Shown here: positions 26,822 to 32,000 of the stretch, in pieces
Layout of the letters: each line of letters starts with the position of its first letter
Numbering within the stretch: the first letter of the stretch is position 1
Assembly: GCA_963718915.1 (NCBI GenBank)
Contig: CAVRAI010000013.1
Location: forward strand, 180,001 to 212,000
DNA length: 32,000 nucleotides
Direction of reading: 5' to 3'
DNA from: an uncultured Chloroflexia bacterium
Lineage (GTDB): Bacteria; Chloroflexota; Ktedonobacteria; Ktedonobacterales; JADMIN01
The notes under the pieces: model-generated
Databases searched by the model: none
What the model was told of the DNA's origin: nothing
The model's input: the letters and a program-made list of their open reading frames with translations, nothing else
Program-made: the position numbers and the translations under genes

Positions 26822-27967
26822 CTACCAACGGTAGCGGCTACCAGCGGCGCGCAGCAGCCAGAGAAAAAATGGTCCACCAACGAGCGCCGTCAACACCCCC
26901 AGCGGCAGCTCCGCCGGGGCGACAAGCACCCGTGCAAGTAAGTCGGCCACTACGACGAAGATGGCTCCCACCAGAGCAGACGCAGGAACAAGCAGCCGAT
27001 GGCGCGGACCGAGTGTCAGTCGACAGAGATGCGGCGCGACCAACCCCACGAAGCCGACGATACCGCTGATCGAGACGGCAGCCCCCACCAGTAGAGCGGC
27101 GACCAGCACGATCACCAACTTGTATCGCTCCACGCGCAGTCCCAGATGTCCTGCCATTTCTTCGCCCAGCGCAAACGCATCCAGCGCGGGCGCCAGCACG
27201 ATGCTCGCAATCACCCCCGCTATCACCAGTACCGTGATAACCTCGGCCTGCGTCCACGACTCGACGTTGACACTCCCGCTGATCCAGCGATAGAGCGAGA
27301 CTAGTCTCAAGCCCAGACGGTCGTTCATGGTAATCAGTATCGTTTGCGCCGCAGTCAGCACGGCGCTCACCGCCACACCTGCCAGCAATAGGGTAACCAC
27401 CGGAGTCCGTCGATTGTGCGTCGCCAGCAGGTATACCAGCGCTACCGCCACAAGCGCGCCCGCAAATGCCAGTAATGCAATTAACCCGAAGCCGAACCAG
27501 TATGCGGTAAATGCGGCTGGCAACATAAACGCAATGGTTGCTCCTAATGCCGCGCCCGAAGAGGTGCCTAGCAAGAGAGGATCGGCCAGTGGATTACGAA
27601 GCAGCCCCTGGAAGAGAACGCCCGCCACACCGAGCGCGACGCCTACCAGTGCGGCGCCCACAACACGCGGCAGTCGGTAGAGCAGCAGAATAGCCTCATC
27701 TGAGGCTGGCCATGTCGGCTGAAAATGGATGACATGCGTCTGGTTCAACAAGATAGCAGCTGAGGTAAGCGGCGAGATTGGCACTGCACCATAGGCGGCT
27801 GCCAGCGCCAGCGCCGCAAACAGGGCAGCCACAAGCAAAGGCAACACGGCTGGCCGCCAGGAGACACGCACACCCGGCGTGAACCGAATGCGCGGCCTTC
27901 TAGAATCAGAGCATCGCGTCGCAGCATCCGCGGGCGCAGCCCGTTTGATATCGGCAAGCCGTGCCAC
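26822..27967 (-). CDS. FecCD/BtuC-family ABC transporter permease
   Basis: Multi-pass membrane protein with the typical FecCD pattern (LLLGTSSGAALGATIAF ..., LGEEMAGHLGLRVERYK, PLGVLTALVGGPFFLWLL). I prefer GTG 27967, with AGGAG 7 nt upstream and 10 nt after the binding-protein stop. The 28021 start in the track would overlap the upstream gene by 44 nt. Confidence 0.85.
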   Translation of the reverse strand: MARLADIKRAAPADAATRCSDSRRPRIRFTPGVRVSWRPAVLPLLVAALFAALALAAAYGAVPISPLTSAAILLNQTHVIHFQPTWPASDEAILLLYRLPRVVGAALVGVALGVAGVLFQGLLRNPLADPLLLGTSSGAALGATIAFMLPAAFTAYWFGFGLIALLAFAGALVAVALVYLLATHNRRTPVVTLLLAGVAVSAVLTAAQTILITMNDRLGLRLVSLYRWISGSVNVESWTQAEVITVLVIAGVIASIVLAPALDAFALGEEMAGHLGLRVERYKLVIVLVAALLVGAAVSISGIVGFVGLVAPHLCRLTLGPRHRLLVPASALVGAIFVVVADLLARVLVAPAELPLGVLTALVGGPFFLWLLRAAGSRYRW

Positions 27968-27977
27968 GATCTTTCTC

Positions 27978-28952
27978 CTATGAGAACAACTCAGGATGGA
28001 GCATCTTAGCGACCTGCTCAAGCGCGTCTACCAGCCGTGGACCAGGCCGCGAAACGATATCCGGGTTGATGTTATAGACACGATGCGACTTGATCGCCGC
28101 GATGTCCGCCCAGCCGGGCCTGGCGTATACCTGTTGCGGGTCGCCACCGTACGCTGGTTCCTCCGTCAGGATAATCACCTGAGGATTGGCTGCGATAATA
28201 CTCTCGACACTAACCGAAGGAAAACCACCATTGTCGGTCTGTGCGGCGAAGATGTTGCGACCGCCAGCATCGGTCAGGACATCGTTTTCGAACGATCCTC
28301 CGCCCACCGCATATGGTGGCGGCGGCGTAAAGCCAATCTCCATGTAGACACTGACCGGCTGATCACTCGCTACCTTCTGTTTGACTGCGTCGATGCGCTG
28401 CTGGAGAGCCTTCACCAGGGCATCGGCAGTGGCGGTTGTATGCGTCAATTGTCCGACGAGGCGAATCTCGGTCAGCGTGCCTTGAAGATCGGCGACAGGC
28501 AGCGAAATCACATTGATATGCGCCTGCAGCAGCGCTGTATCAGCCTGCGTCGTAAACTGGCCCCAACTGAGCACCAAATCTGGATTGAGCGCAATAATCT
28601 GCTCGACGTTCGGGCTGCCATCGCTGCTGGACACTTTCGGCTTGACTGCCATGTCGGCGGGATAGTTGGTGAATGCGTCAACACCCACTACGCGCGTGCT
28701 GACGCCAACCGCTGCTAGCATCTCACTATCGCCAGGTGTCAGTGAGACGATGCGTTGTGGGGTCTTTGCAGGAATCGTGATCGCAGTCCCGTGCGCATCG
28801 GTCGAGATGAGCGGCTTTTGTGTTGTTGGTGTGTTACTTAGGCTGCCAGCTGAGGTGGCACAGCCTGTCGCTACAAGAGACAGGCAGACTACGAGGACGA
28901 ACAGAACGAGAGTCAGGGGTTGGCGCATGGGCGAAAGCTTAACGCTTCGCAT
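27978..28952 (-). CDS. Periplasmic-binding-protein type 2 lipoprotein (BtuF/FhuD-like substrate-binding protein of the ABC importer)
   Basis: Lipobox LSLVATGCATS. PQRIVSLTPGDSEMLAAVGVSTRVVGVD and ALNPDLVLSW are typical of Peripla_BP_2 proteins. I prefer ATG 28952, with AGGAGG 9 nt upstream. The 29039 start in the track extends into the riboswitch leader. Confidence 0.85.
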   Translation of the reverse strand: MRSVKLSPMRQPLTLVLFVLVVCLSLVATGCATSAGSLSNTPTTQKPLISTDAHGTAITIPAKTPQRIVSLTPGDSEMLAAVGVSTRVVGVDAFTNYPADMAVKPKVSSSDGSPNVEQIIALNPDLVLSWGQFTTQADTALLQAHINVISLPVADLQGTLTEIRLVGQLTHTTATADALVKALQQRIDAVKQKVASDQPVSVYMEIGFTPPPPYAVGGGSFENDVLTDAGGRNIFAAQTDNGGFPSVSVESIIAANPQVIILTEEPAYGGDPQQVYARPGWADIAAIKSHRVYNINPDIVSRPGPRLVDALEQVAKMLHPELFS

Positions 28953-29058
28953 GGGATGAATCCTCCTGAGCAGTGAAGACGCAGAGTGCGCCGAATCTGT
29001 CCACACTGCCAGATAAAGTACAGAGCCAGATGCATCCAAATACGTTCCGACGGAGACT

Positions 29059-29096
29059 CAACAAAAGACCCTCTTTCTCTGTGTTGAGAAAGAGGG
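29059..29096 (-). terminator. Intrinsic terminator forming the expression platform of the cobalamin riboswitch
   Basis: On the minus strand: CCCTCTTTCTC-aacaca-GAGAAAGAGGG, a perfect 11-bp stem, followed by TCTTTTGTTG. It lies between the aptamer and the binding-protein start. An upstream GAAAGAG segment could pair with the 5' arm as an antiterminator. Confidence 0.75.
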
Positions 29097-29155
29097 CAAG
29101 CCATAACCGGCGTTGCTCTTTCCTCGTTGGCGCGGAGGAATTGAGCATCACCCCA

Positions 29156-29355
29156 GAGGTCGGTCTCCTGGCTCCTGGGCTTTTCGCAGGTAATATTCTC
29201 GATTACCTGTGTAGCGCGTCTCCGCCTTCCCATCGCATGAGCACGACAGTGGCCTGATCTGGAGGCGCGTTTCCCAGTTACAGTGGCGCGTCCGCATCGG
29301 CATTTCACCGATTTCCCTGGCAAACATCCGCATATTCGCAGACATCTACCACCTC
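29156..29355 (-). promoter_or_regulatory. Cobalamin (B12) riboswitch aptamer
   Basis: The minus-strand RNA contains the class hallmarks in the correct order: AGGGAAAUCGGUGAAAUGCCGAUGCGGACGCGCCACUGUAA, then GCCACUG-(N15)-GGGAAGGCGG, then a B12-box-like AGCCAGGAGACCGACC. A P1-like pairing GAGGU ... ACCUC closes the element. It sits upstream of a BtuFCD-like operon. Confidence 0.88.
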
Positions 29356-29385
29356 GCGGGGTTCTCGTATTTAGTTGTCTGGCAG

Positions 29386-29415
29386 AGTATAGCGATCTGA
29401 TACGAACCACGTCAA
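29386..29415 (-). promoter_or_regulatory. Sigma-70-type promoter for the riboswitch/B12-uptake operon
   Basis: On the minus strand: TTGACG (29415-29410), an 18-nt spacer, then TATACT (29391-29386). It sits about 25-30 nt upstream of the aptamer P1 and 22 nt downstream of the DUF554 gene stop. Confidence 0.5.
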
Positions 29416-29436
29416 GCGTTGGCGTGGCACAATTTA

Positions 29437-30159
29437 TCAATGAAATAGCTGCTGCCAGAACGCGACACCAACTACCAGTAGCGGTGCGATAACCAACGCC
29501 GGTAAATAGTTCGCGACACGAAGATCGCGAATCTTCAGCAGCTTCAAGCCAACTGCGACAAGAACCAGGCCGCCAGTTGCCGTTAGCTCGGTGATGGTGT
29601 CGGCGTTGCCGGTCAGCAGCGGAGAAATCGCGTGCGCGCCTAGACTCAAACCGCCCTGGTAGACAAGTATCGTAATGATCGCCAGCAGTACTCCCCAGCC
29701 GAGGGTTGCTCCGAAGGCGAGCGCGGCAAAACCGTCGAGCGTCGCCTTGATGACCAACTTGGTGGTGTCGCCAGACAGCCCGTTATCCAGTGAACCAAGA
29801 ACTGAGAGCGGCCCTACACAAAACACCAGACTTGCAGTGACAAATGCCTCGCTCAATGTCGAACCAGGCTTTGAGAGTTTCGTCTGAAGCCAATTTCCCG
29901 CTCTTTCCAGGCCCGCCTCGATGTTGATCAACTCGCCAAGCAATGTGCCAAGCAGAAGGCTACCCAGCAATATGAGCGGATTTCTTGTCGTCAGCGCGCC
30001 AAGTAGTCCTATGAGCACCGTAAATAGACCCAGCACGCCAAACAGGGCCTCGTGGATCCTCTTGGGCAAGCGATCGCCCACCAATGACCCAATCACCCCT
30101 CCGATCAGTACCGCCAGCGCGTTGATGAGCGTTCCATTGACCGATGTGAAAAACGACAT
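29437..30159 (-). CDS. DUF554-family integral membrane protein
   Basis: N-terminus MSFFTSVNGTLINALAVLIGGVIGSLVGDRLPKR and the overall Gly-rich multi-TM layout match my memory of DUF554 (YdfK-like) proteins. The track start at 30171 is a TTG only 1 nt from the SD-like GAGAGGA, so I use ATG 30159. Confidence 0.65.
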   Translation of the reverse strand: MSFFTSVNGTLINALAVLIGGVIGSLVGDRLPKRIHEALFGVLGLFTVLIGLLGALTTRNPLILLGSLLLGTLLGELINIEAGLERAGNWLQTKLSKPGSTLSEAFVTASLVFCVGPLSVLGSLDNGLSGDTTKLVIKATLDGFAALAFGATLGWGVLLAIITILVYQGGLSLGAHAISPLLTGNADTITELTATGGLVLVAVGLKLLKIRDLRVANYLPALVIAPLLVVGVAFWQQLFH

Positions 30160-30258
30160 ACGTGCGGACAATCCTCTCTCGTCTGTGGAACTCGCGTATA
30201 ATACCTCTGCCCATCATACGCTAGCGACGAAGCGAACAGATACCATCTGGGAGGACCT

Positions 30259-31122
30259 GTGAGCGCACCTGCCATATTCGTTCCCGCACGGGCCAAAATC
30301 AACCTCACGCTGTCGGTCCTTGGAAAACGCGAGGATGGATACCATACGCTCGCATCGGTCATGCAGACGATCTCGCTCAACGACACATTGCACATCCAGG
30401 CAACCGATGAGGATCACATCACCTGCGCGGTAGATATTCCCAGCCTCCGCAATAACAATAATCTCGCCATACGCGCCGCCCGATTATTGAAGGAGGAAGG
30501 ACACCTGACACGCGGAGCCGCGATCGAGCTGCGCAAGGAGATACCAGCGCAGGGAGGTCTGGGTGGTGGCAGTAGCGATGCGGCGACAGTGCTCTTGGCG
30601 CTTAACCAACTCTGCGCATTGGGATTGAGCCAAACTCGGCTGAAAGAACTGGCCGCCCGATTGGGGTCTGATGTTCCCTTTTTCATTCATGGTGGTACCG
30701 CCTTAATTGAAGGGCGTGGCGAAATAGTCACACCACTGCCCGATTGCGAGTCACTCTGGCTGCTGATCGCACATCCACCTGTCAGCATCTCCACCGCAAC
30801 GGTGTTCCAATCGCTACATTCAGCAGAGTACGGGGATACACACGACACCAACATCGTCGTCGAATCAATTCGCGGCGGTTCCCAGTTACCCCTTGAGCGC
30901 CTGTCTAATACGCTTGAGCCTCTAGTTATGCGTCACTGGCCTGAGGTTGCCTCTACACGGGAAAGACTGTTGTGGGCAGGCGCTCCCATCGTACGGATGA
31001 GTGGTAGTGGCCCAACACTTTTTGCGCCATTCCGTACGCTCGATGATGCCATCCGGGTGTATAAGGCGGCTCGCAGCCAGAACATGGACGTTCGACTCTG
31101 TCATACCATCTCGCGCGCTTGA
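30259..31122 (+). CDS. ispE: 4-(cytidine 5'-diphospho)-2-C-methyl-D-erythritol kinase
   Basis: ARAKINLTLSVLGKREDGYHTLASVMQTISL (IspE N-terminal motif) and the GHMP kinase loop IPAQGGLGGGSSDAATVL. GGGAGG lies 5 nt upstream of the GTG. Confidence 0.92.
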   Translation: MSAPAIFVPARAKINLTLSVLGKREDGYHTLASVMQTISLNDTLHIQATDEDHITCAVDIPSLRNNNNLAIRAARLLKEEGHLTRGAAIELRKEIPAQGGLGGGSSDAATVLLALNQLCALGLSQTRLKELAARLGSDVPFFIHGGTALIEGRGEIVTPLPDCESLWLLIAHPPVSISTATVFQSLHSAEYGDTHDTNIVVESIRGGSQLPLERLSNTLEPLVMRHWPEVASTRERLLWAGAPIVRMSGSGPTLFAPFRTLDDAIRVYKAARSQNMDVRLCHTISRA

Positions 31123-31314
31123 GATGAGGAGACAGAGCTACAATGGAGTACCCAGCACTCGCACACCGTTCACAGACAGGCTGTTCCGCGCCAGTCCTTC
31201 CGAACTACCCGGATACGCATAGAGGCCAACGCTATGCTATGCTATAGTGAGTGCCCTGACAGGCGATAGATAAGTGACCTCGCGAACCGATGGATTCGGG
31301 TGAATGGGAGTGGT

Positions 31315-32000
31315 ATGACAGCGCAGAACCCCGGGCTGGAGTCAGTCTCTAACGAGAACCAGTCTGCCACTCTGGCCTCATCAGACTACGACCGGCGACC
31401 TTCCATCGAGACGCGAGCGCGACGAGTCATACAGCGCATCCTGAAGCGAGGAGCGCAACGCCTGCTATGGCGTGGCATTGGCGCAGTTGGCTATCTCATC
31501 CGCCCCCGTCATGCTTCAACAAAGGCCCTATATCCTGGAGATTCGTCGGTACGGCGCATTCTGGTCGTCCGCGTTGATCTGCTTGGCGACACAGTTCTCA
31601 CTACACCAGCGATTGCGGCGCTCCGCCGCGGCTATCCCAAAGCGCAAATTGACATCCTGGTGCAAGAGTCTACGTCCTCCGTTCTGGCGGGCGAGCGCGA
31701 CATAGCCCATGTCATTACATACAATCCGCAGATATGGAGGCAAAAGGGTGGCTGGCGCTCGGCGCTCCGGCTGCTTCGACGGCTACGAAAAGCGCGCTAC
31801 GACATTGCCATCAGCGTCTCGGGCGACATTGGCAGTATCTTTACCCGTTTGAGTGGCGCCAGGCGAACCATCGGCTACGGTGGCGAGGCATACCCATACA
31901 TGCTCACCGACCCAGTCGCAGGGCATCGGTACATGGTTGCCCAGCACGAGATACGCTATGTCCTCGCACTCGCGGAGGCAGCGGGCGGCATTATCGAGGA
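31315..32000 (+). CDS. Glycosyltransferase family 9 (heptosyltransferase-like). N-terminal 228 aa are present and the gene runs off the window.
   Basis: Not in the ORF track because there is no stop in the window. Hand translation from ATG 31315 gives MTAQNPGLESV...RRILVVRVDLLGDTVLTTPAIAALRRGYPKAQIDILVQESTSSVL...ARYDIAISVSGDIGSIFTRLSGARRTIGYG. This is the typical GT9 N-terminal pattern (ILVxRxxxLGDxVLTTPAxxALRxxYPxAxIDxLV). Confidence 0.8.
   Translation, partial: MTAQNPGLESVSNENQSATLASSDYDRRPSIETRARRVIQRILKRGAQRLLWRGIGAVGYLIRPRHASTKALYPGDSSVRRILVVRVDLLGDTVLTTPAIAALRRGYPKAQIDILVQESTSSVLAGERDIAHVITYNPQIWRQKGGWRSALRLLRRLRKARYDIAISVSGDIGSIFTRLSGARRTIGYGGEAYPYMLTDPVAGHRYMVAQHEIRYVLALAEAAGGIIE

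Noticed and set aside
27978-28021. Apparent 44-nt overlap between the binding-protein gene and the permease gene, and the 7-nt overlap of permease and ATPase (26822-26828).
   Set aside because: These are artefacts of taking the longest ORF. Downstream starts at GTG 27967 and ATG 26807 each have a well-spaced AGGAG/GAGG and remove the overlaps.
28953-29440. Track ORFs inside the riboswitch leader: the 29039 start extension of the binding protein, 28913..29440, 28973..29257, 29148..29345 and 29283..29492.
   Set aside because: The region carries the conserved cobalamin-riboswitch blocks and a terminator. The ORFs have no motifs and cross these RNA elements, so they are treated as non-coding.
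31233-31250. Short tandem repeat (GCTAT)x3 upstream of the GT9 gene, and the (GA)6 run at 23071-23082.
   Set aside because: These are too short to call a functional repeat and are probably chance microsatellites. The (GA)6 run is mentioned only as part of the moaA leader description.

Overview
GC-rich, gene-dense bacterial chromosomal window. I saw no rRNA, tRNA, CRISPR array, transposase or integrase. The protein flavour (CHAP/propeller secreted proteins, giant FtsX permease, ECF sigma) suggests a Chloroflexota/Ktedonobacteria-like organism, but that is only a guess. No database search or folding program was run; all family names come from motifs I could read in the translations.

I support 27 intact protein-coding genes plus two frame-disrupted genes. 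Three coding regions are missing from the supplied ORF track and were recovered by hand translation:
- a 3'-truncated acyl-CoA synthetase at the left edge (1-1351, minus)
- a GT9 glycosyltransferase running off the right edge (31315-32000, plus)
- an HNH-nuclease reading frame with no canonical start (12710-13033, minus)

Most content is ordinary housekeeping: gyrB, moaA, ispE, rpoN, SufT-like, Nudix, HAD, MBL-fold hydrolase and ABC transporters.

The best-supported non-coding feature is a cobalamin riboswitch on the minus strand (about 29156-29355). It has its own promoter and an intrinsic terminator, and it sits in front of a BtuF/BtuC/BtuD-like uptake operon.

Candidates worth a second look, all hypotheses:
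1. The ATPase of that B12-regulated operon carries an unplaced C-terminal domain of about 170 aa.
2. A minus-strand cassette of dimeric-dUTPase-like NTP pyrophosphatase, cryptic HNH nuclease and 6-TM protein, with a GTGA stop/start overlap.
3. An ECF sigma factor followed by a Tat-signal Rieske [2Fe-2S] membrane protein placed where an anti-sigma factor is expected.
4. rpoN broken by a single-base frame shift, and carrying a 4-Cys zinc-ribbon-like insert in region II.
5. An SGNH esterase translationally coupled to a 1105-aa double-FtsX permease, an ABC ATPase and a DUF255 protein.
6. Two paralogous CHAP-domain proteins, one a 967-aa multidomain protein.

I found no unambiguous new system. The two single-base frame breaks could equally be assembly errors.
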